Virus record (IMG/VR): IMGVR_UViG_3300048630_000558
Coordinates: 1-38,298 of that record
Length of the DNA: 38,298 nucleotides
Origin: a virus
Taxonomy: Duplodnaviria; Caudoviricetes
Direction: 5' to 3' (one strand)
Shown here: one piece after another, positions 1 to 7,924 of the stretch
How positions within the stretch are numbered: position 1 is the stretch's first letter
How the letters are laid out: the number at the start of each line of letters is the position of its first letter
Program-made: the position numbers and the translations under genes
Notes under the pieces: model-generated
The model's database searches: none
Told to the model about the DNA's origin: nothing
Seen by the model: only the letters and a program-made list of their open reading frames with translations

Positions 1-52
1 CCCGTGCGGTTCGGGCAACAAGTACAAGCATTGCCACGGCGCGGCCGGGTGA
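1..52 (+). CDS. secA: 3' end of preprotein translocase SecA (SEC-C zinc motif), host gene, partial
   Basis: Frame 2 reads PCGSGNKYKHCHGAAG*, the SEC-C motif that ends SecA; other SEC-C proteins cannot be fully excluded. Confidence 0.8.
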   Translation, partial: PCGSGNKYKHCHGAAG

Positions 53-76
53 GTGCGCGCTCGCCGGGGCTCCGTG

Positions 77-106
77 CCCCGGCGGCATGAACCCCGGCGG
101 CATGAA
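77..106. repeat. 15-bp tandem duplication CCCCGGCGGCATGAA x2
   Basis: Exact copies at 77-91 and 92-106. Confidence 0.9.
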
Positions 107-118
107 CGACGGGTCCAG

Positions 119-165
119 CATGAAAAAGGGCGCGGCGGGGATGACCCGCCGCGCCCTTTTTCATG
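119..165. terminator. Bidirectional Rho-independent terminator
   Basis: 21-bp perfect inverted repeat CATGAAAAAGGGCGCGGCGGG / CCCGCCGCGCCCTTTTTCATG with A and T tracts on both sides, between secA (+) and the tRNA 3' end (-). Confidence 0.9.
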
Positions 166-177
166 TCCGCCACCGAG

Positions 178-198
178 TGGCTCCCCGAGTTGGATTCG
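178..198 (-). other. Prophage att site: duplicated 3' end of a tRNA (probably tRNA-Asn)
   Basis: Minus strand reads CGAATCCAACTCGGGGAGCCA (part of T-loop, T-stem, acceptor strand, discriminator G, CCA); upstream sequence is not tRNA-like; next to AlpA. Confidence 0.75.
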
Positions 199-254
199 GT
201 TTGCATCCATAACCTCCTGATATAAAGCATTTCTTGTGATCCAGCGTCGGAATC

Positions 255-274
255 GTGCCCCCGCGGGTGCCCCC
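255..274 (-). repeat. Integrase arm-type direct repeats GGGGGCAC-N4-GGGGGCAC
   Basis: GTGCCCCC at 255-262 and 267-274 (12-bp period), about 60-75 bp inside the att core, the layout expected for P4-family integrase arm sites. Confidence 0.65.
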
Positions 275-292
275 ATTTTCTCGCGCTGGTCG

Positions 293-505
293 CTAGTTGG
301 CCTGCTCGAGCTGGCGCTGTTTCCAGGCTTCGATTTCGCGCTCGGGCCAGGCGACTCGGCCGCCGCCGATCGGCACCGGCCGCGGGAAGTCGCCTTCGGC
401 AATTCGGCGGTAGATCGTCGCGCGGTGGAGCGATGTTTCGGCGACGACGTCCTTCATCTTGAGGAGCCGGCCGATCGGGCGGTCGAGTGTTGCGAACTCG
501 GTCAT
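293..505 (-). CDS. AlpA-family excisionase / recombination directionality factor
   Basis: LLKMKDVVAETSLHRATIYRRIAEGDFPRPVPIGGGRVAWPEREIEAW is a typical AlpA HTH; RBS AAGGAG upstream. Confidence 0.9.
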   Translation of the reverse strand: MTEFATLDRPIGRLLKMKDVVAETSLHRATIYRRIAEGDFPRPVPIGGGRVAWPEREIEAWKQRQLEQAN

Positions 506-551
506 GGGCAGCTCTTCTCCTTGCCAGGTGAGGGTTTGCGACTGGCGCCCT

Positions 552-803
552 TCATTTCGAGGCCTCGCGCTGATGCTGACGCAGGTTGGCGATCAGGCGG
601 CCGACCTGGGCGAGCCCGTCAGCGGTGAGCCGAAAGGAACCACCGCGATTTTCCAGGAGACCGCGTCGGACGAGCTCGGCTCGCATCCGGACGAATGCGG
701 GGTTCTGCGGGAGGCGATGCTCCGCGGCCGGACGGCGTACCGGGCAAGCACTTCCCCGGCTCGCTTCCGGCTTCGTTGCCCCAGAGCCTATCCCGCCGTT
801 CAC
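552..803 (-). CDS. Hypothetical phage protein
   Basis: GTG start overlaps the stop of the J-domain gene (GTGA); C-terminus LVRRGLLENRGGSFRLTADG resembles a wHTH wing. Confidence 0.5.
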   Translation of the reverse strand: MNGGIGSGATKPEASRGSACPVRRPAAEHRLPQNPAFVRMRAELVRRGLLENRGGSFRLTADGLAQVGRLIANLRQHQREASK

Positions 804-1408
804 CGCTTGCGGCCCTCCGAGCGCGCCCAGTTGAGGCGCTGCGCTTCTTCTTCGCTGCCGCCGCGATCGGGATGGGCCTCTCCCATCTTCTCGCGCCACG
901 CGGCGTCGATCTGTTCGCGCGTGGCATCGGGCTTGACGCCCAGGACCTGCCACCACTGTTCAGGAGCAGGCAGAGCAACATGGCCCGCGAACGCCTGCTT
1001 CATGTCCGCCACCCCCCATCGCTCTTGCCCGCGCAGGGCTTCGATATGGGCGGCGATCGCCGCGACGTTGTCAGCGACGGTATCCCACCGATCGCAGGCA
1101 AGTACATGCGGCTCCCCGTCGAGTTCGAAGAAGAACGCCACGCTCGGATCGGCGGGTTGCCCGCGGTCGCGGCGCGGCCGGCCGTCGACGCGCAGCTGGT
1201 AGTTCGTCGACAGCGTCAGCTCGCGCATCCGCCACTGTTGGCCGGCCTTGGTGACGGCCTTCACCTGCTCGCGCAGCCGGCGAAGTGCGACGTCGAAGTT
1301 CACCCTTCCGCCTTGGTGGCGCCAAAGTGCCGACTGCCGCGACGCTGTCTTCGGCCGCGTGATGGGCCAGTCGACGGGGTAGACGATCTCGATCTGCGGT
1401 TCGCTCAT
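800..1408 (-). CDS. Phage protein with C-terminal DnaJ (J) domain
   Basis: WWQVLGVKPDATREQIDAAWREKMGEAHPDRGGS with HPD motif; start MSEPQ coupled to the upstream stop. Confidence 0.85.
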   Translation of the reverse strand: MSEPQIEIVYPVDWPITRPKTASRQSALWRHQGGRVNFDVALRRLREQVKAVTKAGQQWRMRELTLSTNYQLRVDGRPRRDRGQPADPSVAFFFELDGEPHVLACDRWDTVADNVAAIAAHIEALRGQERWGVADMKQAFAGHVALPAPEQWWQVLGVKPDATREQIDAAWREKMGEAHPDRGGSEEEAQRLNWARSEGRKR

Positions 1409-1683
1409 GCGGTCGGACCTCCATCCGTGAGACGCCGAGCCGCACGCTCGGCTTTCCAAGACTCGAATGCGTGCGCGTGTTCGGGGCACAGATCCTTCTC
1501 GCGCGCCGGTGAAGTGGCGCAGGTGCGGCAGATCGGTGTGTCGCAGGTTCCGCTGCGCCTCTCCGGCACCTTCCAGTCGCAGAGCAGGGCGGCGAGCCGT
1601 CCGCAGCTGCAGCGCTGACGCCGGCCCGAAAAGCACACGATAGCCGCGCCCCCACCGGGCATCCTGACGCGTTCGCATCTCAT
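1405..1683 (-). CDS. Cys-rich hypothetical phage protein (putative zinc-binding)
   Basis: CSC...LCDW...TCDTPICRTC...DLCPEH; ATGA overlaps at both ends. Confidence 0.7.
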   Translation of the reverse strand: MRCERVRMPGGGAAIVCFSGRRQRCSCGRLAALLCDWKVPERRSGTCDTPICRTCATSPAREKDLCPEHAHAFESWKAERAARRLTDGGPTA

Positions 1684-1928
1684 ACCGGGCGCGCCTCTTC
1701 GAACGGGGCGAAGTGTTTGCAGCCGAAGTCGCCGCGTGTCTGGCAGAACGGGCACGGCTCGCGACTTTCGCGCATTGGCCGGTGGTCCCGTGCGGAACGG
1801 GGGCGCGTGAGGATTGCGACGCTCTTGCCGTGAGGGATGTTCGCCATCGCGGTGCCGGAGAGGCGCTTGGCGTCGCGGTGACGCTCATAATAGGCGTGCG
1901 CGGCTGCGACGAGGTCACCCATCGTCAT
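1680..1928 (-). CDS. Hypothetical protein with CPFC...GCKH motif
   Basis: Translationally coupled to ParB-like gene and to the next gene. Confidence 0.6.
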   Translation of the reverse strand: MTMGDLVAAAHAYYERHRDAKRLSGTAMANIPHGKSVAILTRPRSARDHRPMRESREPCPFCQTRGDFGCKHFAPFEEARPV

Positions 1929-3880
1929 TCCGCCGGCTCCAGTTCTTCGGCCGGCTCGGTCGCGGCTTCGAGTTTGCCGAACGCGAGCAGCGGGTGGACC
2001 CAGCGCTTGGCCGCCGCCGCCTGTGTGCCGCCGCAGGCGCCCTGGAGCGCGGCGGACACGGCGCCGGAGACCGCCTTGTCTCTCTGCTTGTGCCAGGACT
2101 TGAAGGCATCCGGATCGACGAAGGGCTTTGCCATCGCGAGCCGCTGCAGCTTGCCGAAGAGGCCGACAAACGCCGGGGTCGGACTCCACAGGATCCGCAG
2201 GGTCTTTGCATCGGCCCCCGCCTGGCGCGCGAGTTCGTCGTGCACGGCGATGCGCCAGCCCGGCGTGTTCGCGCTGCGCTCCAGCGAAAGGCCGGCCAGG
2301 ACGGCCTCGGCCGCGCGCTTTTCTTCGTCTGGTTGCTCGAGCCAAGACAGAAGAGATGCGGCCGGATCCTCCTCGCGCATCCAGTCGGCATTCGAAATCC
2401 TGTCGACCGCCTCGCGCCAGAGATGGTTCGCCACAGTGTCCGAAAGCCAGGGCCGCACCGTATCGCGCGGCTCGGCGTCGCGCGTCGCCGCCCATTCCTC
2501 GCTCGCCAGCCCGCGCGCACCGACCATCCCCCGGCGCGCCGCGCCGAACGTATCGCCTAGCGCTGCGCGCAGCTGCGCCCAGGTGAGATAGTCGCGCGCA
2601 AGCGTACCGCCGTGGCCGGCATCGCGGACGAGAAGCGCGCGAAGGATCTCGCGCCGGATCGATCGGATGACCTGCAGCCCATCGGCCGTAAGCCCGTGCT
2701 CGTCGCGCACGATCTCGCGCGCGCGCTGGCTATAGGTGCTGTCGGGGTTGTCGATCGCCTCGGCCGCGGAGGGCGCGGCACTGTCGCTGCGCGCAGGGGA
2801 TTGGCCCGGCTGGGCGGTTTCGCGGCGCGCATCGTTGCGCGCCTTGCGGCTGGCCCACCAGAAGCGCGGCTGCCATTCGCCCTCGTCGTCAATCTCGATC
2901 GTGGCGACGATGTCGGCGCCCAGCGCTTCCCGAGGCAGAACAAGGCGGTTCTTGCGACGCGTTGCCGGGATCTCGAGTTGCGTATCGGTATAGCCGGCGA
3001 AAGTGGGCGGCGATGCCTGGAAGCGGAGATCGCGGTCTTGCAGTTCCTCGCGGATCTGCGCGCGCAGCGCAGCGAACTTCTCTTCAGCCAGGCGGCGCAG
3101 AAGAGCCTCGTCGGTGATGCGGCCGCGCCAGGGCGCCTCGCTCGGACCGTCGGCGAAGAGATCCAGTTCGAAATGGCCCCCGGCCGACCGGTAGATCGCT
3201 TCTCCGACGAAGAGCAGCAGGCGGCCGAGCTCCCGATCGCCCACCTTGAGGAATGCGCGGATCTTGGCTGGAGTAGCGTCCCATGAGGAAAGCGGGCGGA
3301 AATGCAGCCAGGCTGCCCGTTGCAGTTCTGAGTCCCCGGTCGCGGCGTAGGCCTGTGCCTGGTCGTAGGATATCTCGCCGGCAGAATAGGCGGCGAAGAT
3401 CTCGGCTTCCAGTTGGCCGAGCCGCAACTGGCGGCGCACCCAATCGGGGGACTGTCCGATCCGCGCGGCGATCGCCTCGACAGTTTCGCCGAGTTCGACG
3501 GCCCGGGCGATCGCCTTGTGCACCTCGTAGCCTCGCAGATCGCGGCGAAGGAGGTTTTCACCCAGGGAGTCGAGCACGATCAGGCCTTCCGGTTCGTCGC
3601 GCAGTTCGGCCCTGATCGGGAAGTCGGCCGGAAGCCGGCCGTCGTCGATCGCCATGCCGATCGCGCGCCAGCGACGGCCACCGGCCCAGACGCCATACTT
3701 CGCTTTCCCAGCCCATTTCGCCCCCTTGGGCGCGGTGTGCAGGAGCAACTGCTGCAGTTGCCCTTCCTCGACGATCGAGGCGGCGAGCACCTCGACGGCT
3801 GCGCAGTCCTCTTCGTTGTAGCGGACGTTGAGCGGCGAGATCGCCAGTTCGGCATGGGTGTAGGTTCGCTGTTCGGTCAT
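1925..3880 (-). CDS. ParB/RepB/Spo0J-domain protein
   Basis: LAISPLNVR, LAASIVEEGQLQQL, GVWAGGRRWRA, SLGENLLRRDL, then an HTH (IAARIGQSPDWVRRQLRLGQL); RBS GGAGAGG. Confidence 0.85.
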   Translation of the reverse strand: MTEQRTYTHAELAISPLNVRYNEEDCAAVEVLAASIVEEGQLQQLLLHTAPKGAKWAGKAKYGVWAGGRRWRAIGMAIDDGRLPADFPIRAELRDEPEGLIVLDSLGENLLRRDLRGYEVHKAIARAVELGETVEAIAARIGQSPDWVRRQLRLGQLEAEIFAAYSAGEISYDQAQAYAATGDSELQRAAWLHFRPLSSWDATPAKIRAFLKVGDRELGRLLLFVGEAIYRSAGGHFELDLFADGPSEAPWRGRITDEALLRRLAEEKFAALRAQIREELQDRDLRFQASPPTFAGYTDTQLEIPATRRKNRLVLPREALGADIVATIEIDDEGEWQPRFWWASRKARNDARRETAQPGQSPARSDSAAPSAAEAIDNPDSTYSQRAREIVRDEHGLTADGLQVIRSIRREILRALLVRDAGHGGTLARDYLTWAQLRAALGDTFGAARRGMVGARGLASEEWAATRDAEPRDTVRPWLSDTVANHLWREAVDRISNADWMREEDPAASLLSWLEQPDEEKRAAEAVLAGLSLERSANTPGWRIAVHDELARQAGADAKTLRILWSPTPAFVGLFGKLQRLAMAKPFVDPDAFKSWHKQRDKAVSGAVSAALQGACGGTQAAAAKRWVHPLLAFGKLEAATEPAEELEPAE

Positions 3881-4038
3881 GACCGGTCCTCTCCGGCAGG
3901 AGTGAGGCAGCCGCGTGCGGCCCGTTCGCGGCGGTGGAGTTCGAGAAGGCGCTGTTCGCGCTCGTCCAGCGGCAGGATGCGCTGTCGGGGCGCGGCGGGT
4001 GACGGGCGGTTGCGCCGAAGAAAGAGCGGGAGCCTCAT
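3877..4038 (-). CDS. Small hypothetical protein (53 aa)
   Basis: Own translation [12 protein letters not shown]...GEDRS; fills the gap with start/stop overlaps on both sides. Confidence 0.5.
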   Translation of the reverse strand: MRLPLFLRRNRPSPAAPRQRILPLDEREQRLLELHRRERAARGCLTPAGEDRS

Positions 4039-4274
4039 CAGCCGAGCCCCAGCGCGGCCTTGTAGGTGTCCAGCACCATTTCCATCTCGGCCCGATCGTC
4101 AGGCGCCATCTTCCGAAGGCGGACGATCTGGCGCATGATTTTGGTGTCGTAGCCGACGGCTTTCGCCTCGGCGTAAACCTCGCGGATGTCGTCGGAGATG
4201 CCCTTCTTCTCTTCCTCGAGGCGCTCGATCCGCTCGATCAGAAGGCGCAGGCGGTCGTCGGTTGCTTCAGCCAT
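4038..4274 (-). CDS. DUF2312 / GapR-like nucleoid-associated protein
   Basis: [50 protein letters not shown] is the DUF2312 signature. Confidence 0.92.
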   Translation of the reverse strand: MAEATDDRLRLLIERIERLEEEKKGISDDIREVYAEAKAVGYDTKIMRQIVRLRKMAPDDRAEMEMVLDTYKAALGLG

Positions 4275-4416
4275 GGGTGGACTCCCAGATTGCGACTATG
4301 CCGACGCCCAGGAGAACGATGCTGAGCAGTACGGCAGCGAGGAGCAGGCGCTCGCGCGCTATGGCGCGACGCTCCCGCTCGCGCCGGCGGGCTATCGGGT
4401 CGAAATGGCGGGTCAT
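4267..4416 (-). CDS. Small single-pass membrane protein (49 aa)
   Basis: MTRHFDP...[21 protein letters not shown]; ATGA overlap with the upstream gene. Confidence 0.6.
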   Translation of the reverse strand: MTRHFDPIARRRERERRAIARERLLLAAVLLSIVLLGVGIVAIWESTHG

Positions 4417-4901
4417 GCCGGCTCCACCGGCATTGCTCTGACCAGCTGCAACGGGCGGCGGCGGTGAACATGCTCGGCGGCGCCCGTCGTCGCGCAGACG
4501 GTGCAGAGATCCTCCTCGTGCCAGGCACAGGGGCCATCGGTGCCGATGCAGGCATCGTGCCACGAGCAGGCGCAGTTGCGGCAGACCTGCGGCTGGGGAA
4601 GGGCCGAGCCGGGGCCCGCCAGGCGCAGATCGACCAGTTGCTCGTAGATGTTGGGATCGAACGGGAAGACGTTTCGGAGGATCTGCGCTTCGCACAGCGT
4701 GAAGAACTCGCGATCGGTCTCGGCGGCGGCGAGGCGGTGTTGCAGCTGCCCGATCCGCCCGCGGGTGGGGCGGTGTGCGAGAATCTCGAGCGCGGCGAGG
4801 GCGCCGGCGGCTTCGGCCGCGGTGACGCCGGCCATTAGGCGGCGTTTGCGGATGTACGTACCCGGCGACATCGGGGCATGGGGATGTAGCGCGTCGACCA
4901 T
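4413..4901 (-). CDS. XRE-like HTH protein with C-terminal Cys cluster
   Basis: PGTYIRKRRLMAGVTAAEAA (XRE-like start) and CRNCACSWHDAC...CAW...DLCTVC; RBS GGAGG. Confidence 0.7.
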   Translation of the reverse strand: MVDALHPHAPMSPGTYIRKRRLMAGVTAAEAAGALAALEILAHRPTRGRIGQLQHRLAAAETDREFFTLCEAQILRNVFPFDPNIYEQLVDLRLAGPGSALPQPQVCRNCACSWHDACIGTDGPCAWHEEDLCTVCATTGAAEHVHRRRPLQLVRAMPVEPA

Positions 4902-5063
4902 CGAGGCCTCCCGACTGGATGCAGAGGATCGTGCCGGGCCGCGCAATGAGCGCGCCGGAGAAGCTCTGCGGAAAAGGAGGGGCGGGCAGCGAAGGTTCGG
5001 ACAGGCGACCCGCCCCGAGTGATCGGCCGCCGCAGGGTCATCACGAGCGGCCGATGCGGGGAC

Positions 5064-5555
5064 TTAGGGTGGGGCCCTTGCCAGTTCTGCCGACGAAGGG
5101 GATGTCGCAAGCTCCAGCGCGGCAATCACTCGCGTGAGCACGTCGCGCGCCTCGCTGGCTTCGGACAGCGCGCTGCGAATTTCGGTTGGGCCGGCGCACG
5201 GTTTGCATGCGCGCACGAGCGCAGAATGGGCCTCGCCCCCTTCCTTAATGACGTCGGCCGTGTGGGCAAGGAGCGCGATCCGATCGGCGAACTTGCGGGC
5301 CTCCGCCAGTTCAAGGCGGGCTGCGTAGGTTTCGAAGATGGGCGCGCCGGCGCCACCGTGTTCCTGGTAAGCGAGATCCAGCGTGATCGCGTGCTTGACC
5401 GGAATCTCCTCGCGCCGATCGGGATCGCCCCAGGCCCGGACGTGAGAGGGGGCCTTATCGACCAGCTCGGCCAAGCCGTCGAAGCCGCCGGGGATCTGTG
5501 CCGCGATGCGCACGAGCGCTTCGTCGATCGAAAGGGGGGCGCGCCGCTTGGTCAT
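5064..5555 (-). CDS. Phage regulatory protein, CII-like
   Basis: Downstream of cro; HTH-like GLAELVDKAPSHVRAWGDPD and C-terminal IKEGGEA helix; RBS GAGG. Confidence 0.6.
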   Translation of the reverse strand: MTKRRAPLSIDEALVRIAAQIPGGFDGLAELVDKAPSHVRAWGDPDRREEIPVKHAITLDLAYQEHGGAGAPIFETYAARLELAEARKFADRIALLAHTADVIKEGGEAHSALVRACKPCAGPTEIRSALSEASEARDVLTRVIAALELATSPSSAELARAPP

Positions 5556-5749
5556 CGGACCTCGCCATCCGAAGACCGGCTGCCGCCCGTATGCGCGGAT
5601 GCGGCAGTGCCAGGACAGAAGCGACACGCCCCCGCCGCCGCGGCCTGAGAGGACGCCGCGGGGACAGATTGCGCAGTAAACTCACCGGTCGATCGTGGCG
5701 GCGCATCGAGCACGGTCACGATAGGCTCGAAGGGCAAGGAGCCGATCAT
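5552..5749 (-). CDS. Hypothetical protein (65 aa)
   Basis: ATGA overlaps with cro-like and CII-like genes; no motif. Confidence 0.4.
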   Translation of the reverse strand: MIGSLPFEPIVTVLDAPPRSTGEFTAQSVPAASSQAAAAGACRFCPGTAASAHTGGSRSSDGEVR

Positions 5750-6045
5750 GCGCGAACTCCCTCGAGAGCAGAACTGGATCCGCCCGCCGGCGGGGAGGGA
5801 GCGCCGGCGGGCGGCTGCGCGGGCGTATCCTCGCGCGGGTAAAGGTCGGGGCGGAGATCGTGGCGGGAGATTCCCAGCTTCTCCTCGATCGGGATTGCGA
5901 GAGCCGGAGGCACATCAGATTTGCGCGCGAGCCAGCTATGCACAGTCGATTGGCGTAGGCCGAAGAGCTTTGCGAAAGCGCTCTGTCCGCCCGCCTTGCG
6001 GATCGCCTTGGCCAGTGCCGAATCTGAGTCGTGTTCCAAAGCCAT
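5746..6045 (-). CDS. Cro-like / YdaS-family HTH regulator
   Basis: ALAKAIRKAGGQSAFAKLFGLRQSTVHSWL...IEEKLGISRHDLRPDLY; divergent from the repressor. Confidence 0.88.
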   Translation of the reverse strand: MALEHDSDSALAKAIRKAGGQSAFAKLFGLRQSTVHSWLARKSDVPPALAIPIEEKLGISRHDLRPDLYPREDTPAQPPAGAPSPPAGGSSSALEGVRA

Positions 6046-6057
6046 GCGCGTTGGTAA

Positions 6058-6119
6058 ACGCAAGTGCGTAGTCATGTCAAACGCAATTGCGGAATACCCC
6101 TGATAACGCAGATGCGTTA
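6058..6119. promoter_or_regulatory. Three palindromic operators ACGCA-NN-TGCG(T/G) with a minus-strand TTGACA -35 element
   Basis: ACGCAAGTGCGT 6058-6069, ACGCAATTGCGG 6081-6092, TAACGCAGATGCGTTA 6104-6119; TGTCAA at 6075-6080. Confidence 0.8.
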
Positions 6120-6130
6120 GGGCAAAGCAA

Positions 6131-6502
6131 ATGGCTGTCGGCGACCGTATCGAGTCCTTGCTTCGGGCAAAAGGGTGGACGCAGTCCGAACTCGCGCGGC
6201 GTGTCGGGATGCCACAAAGCACGCTGAGCAGCTTGATCAGGCGCGGAAGCCGATCATCACCGCACCTCGTCCGGATCGCACGCGAACTGGGAACGACGCC
6301 TGCCTATCTTTCCCTCGAAGTCGATGATCCCGAGCTTGAGTTTCCGACCGATTCCCTCACCTCGGACGAACGCGCGCTGCTGGAGCTGGCGCGCCGATTG
6401 ACCGAGAAGGATTTCGTCTTGGCGCGGCAGCTCATAGCCCGGCTCGCTCAGCCTTCGCCGACGTTGCATGATGAACAACATACATACAGGGGGGAAACAT
6501 GA
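6131..6502 (+). CDS. CI-like XRE repressor without S24 peptidase domain
   Basis: VGDRIESLLRAKGWTQSELARRVGMPQSTLSSLIRRG...LVRIARELGTTPAYL; only 123 aa. Confidence 0.9.
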   Translation: MAVGDRIESLLRAKGWTQSELARRVGMPQSTLSSLIRRGSRSSPHLVRIARELGTTPAYLSLEVDDPELEFPTDSLTSDERALLELARRLTEKDFVLARQLIARLAQPSPTLHDEQHTYRGET

Positions 6503-7329
6503 TTGCGCGGGGCATCAACGGGGAGGTCGAACTCGCTGGTAACATCGTGATCGTTCGCGCCGCCAAAGGCTTCTTGCAATCTGCGCAGGAGCGGCGAATT
6601 CCAGTTGGCCGAATATCGAGCATAGAGTTCAAGCCGCCGCGGCTCTCGAACGGGTACATCTATTTTGCCACTGCGGGTTCGTTTCCGGACCCAAGGACCG
6701 AAACTGCCTTCGGCCGCGGCGGCGTGGTGTTCAATGCCAGCCAGCAGTCCGATTTCACACGGTTGCGCGATATGGTCGAGCACCGGATCGGCGGGATCGA
6801 GAGCGAAGTGGATAGCGCGACGAGCGGGAATCCACCCGAAGAGCAGGATCATGGTATTTCAGGCCAGGAGCCGGAAATTGAACAGGGAGAGTCGGTCCAA
6901 GGGCGTCCCGCTCTCAAATGGACGTCAGTCGGCTGTGCCGGGCTCGTAGCGATAGGTGTAGTCAGCGTGATCGCTGGGGACGGAGCAACAGGTGGCGATA
7001 CTTCGCAAAGCACCCCTTACAGTCGCGATTCCCAACAGGCGTCAGTCCAGACCGATGCTGATCGCCAGAAAGGCTTTCATTGCCTGTCTGAGTGGGATGG
7101 CGCCAACCGAAGCGCCGTGCGGCAGGTCCGGGAGCTGATGCGCAATCCGAAGAGCTTCGAACACATCGAGACGAAGATCTACGGCAACGATGGTGGGGAA
7201 CATGGCCTCTGGATGACATTTCGCGCCGAGAACGGCTTTGGCGGAATGAACGTCGAGCGGATCTATGCTCGTGTCGACCATGAGACATGTGAAGCCAGGC
7301 TTCTTCCGGACGGACCAGGCAGCGGATAA
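6499..7329 (+). CDS. Moron membrane protein (N-terminal PH-like/DUF4429-like domain, one TM helix, periplasmic C-terminal domain)
   Basis: GINGEVEL...ERRIPVGRISSIEFKPP...NGYIYF; TM CAGLVAIGVVSVIA; MRNPKSFEHIET...FRAENGFGG; coupled to the repressor gene. Confidence 0.65.
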   Translation: MIARGINGEVELAGNIVIVRAAKGFLQSAQERRIPVGRISSIEFKPPRLSNGYIYFATAGSFPDPRTETAFGRGGVVFNASQQSDFTRLRDMVEHRIGGIESEVDSATSGNPPEEQDHGISGQEPEIEQGESVQGRPALKWTSVGCAGLVAIGVVSVIAGDGATGGDTSQSTPYSRDSQQASVQTDADRQKGFHCLSEWDGANRSAVRQVRELMRNPKSFEHIETKIYGNDGGEHGLWMTFRAENGFGGMNVERIYARVDHETCEARLLPDGPGSG

Positions 7330-7332
7330 TCC

Positions 7333-7435
7333 GGGGGTATCGACGGGGGTATCGCAGCAGTGCCGGGCGTCGGAGATGCCCGCGCGCGCCCGCATCTAAA
7401 CCGCGATCGTGGCGGAGGAAGCATCCGCCGCGATC
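7333..7435 (+). other. Internal att-like site A: arm repeats plus inverted-repeat core
   Basis: GGGGGTATC at 7333 and 7345; TCTAA at 7395; GGCGGA-GGAAGCA-TCCGCC at 7411-7429. Confidence 0.65.
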
Positions 7436-7456
7436 AAACCGTTGGCCGCAGGTGAG

Positions 7457-7471
7457 ATTCCCGCTATGTTC
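7457..7471 (+). promoter_or_regulatory. Near-consensus alphaproteobacterial LexA box
   Basis: ATTC-CCGCTAT-GTTC, one mismatch to GTTC-N7-GTTC, 6 bp before the ATG at 7478. Confidence 0.5.
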
Positions 7472-7477
7472 CCGTAG

Positions 7478-7924
7478 ATGGGGGGCGACGGGGCGTATGT
7501 GGGCCATTCGCCGAGCTTCAACGATCGCACGCCGGGGCGGCTGGCACCGGAGATGGCGAGTTATCGCCTGCTCGTGCTGGCGTTCGTCCGCGACTACATC
7601 CAAACCTATTCGGTGAGCCCAAGCCAGAACGAGATCGCCAATGCGCTCGGCACTACGCGGACCCGGGTGCGGGACGCGCTGCGCAGCCTAGTGAAGGACG
7701 GCTTGCTGCTGAAGGTTTCCGGCGAGCGCGGCCTGAGACTCCCCTCGATGCGCGACGAAGCCGTGCGCCAGCTGCGCGAACTCGGCTGGACGGTCGACCC
7801 CCGGGCATCGAGCATCGCGCCGCCGGGCCAGGTTTCCACCCTGCATGGGCCGCCAGACCTCGACTATCCCGATCGCGGGGCTGCCAGTGGAGACAAGGAT
7901 GGCAACCGGGGTGACAGGGGCTGA
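7478..7924 (+). CDS. LexA-type winged-helix DNA-binding protein (no peptidase domain); start may be 7499 or 7553
   Basis: VLAFVRDYIQTYSVSPSQNEIANALGTTRTRVRDALRSLVKDGLL resembles the LexA DNA-binding domain. Confidence 0.75.
   Translation: MGGDGAYVGHSPSFNDRTPGRLAPEMASYRLLVLAFVRDYIQTYSVSPSQNEIANALGTTRTRVRDALRSLVKDGLLLKVSGERGLRLPSMRDEAVRQLRELGWTVDPRASSIAPPGQVSTLHGPPDLDYPDRGAASGDKDGNRGDRG

Noticed and set aside
178-260. Intact tRNA gene
   Set aside because: Only the last 21 nt are tRNA-like; D and anticodon arms are absent
4902-5063. Possible ncRNA in the early operon gap (ATCGGCCGC...GCGGCCGAT hairpin)
   Set aside because: A single GC-rich stem is not enough support without comparative data
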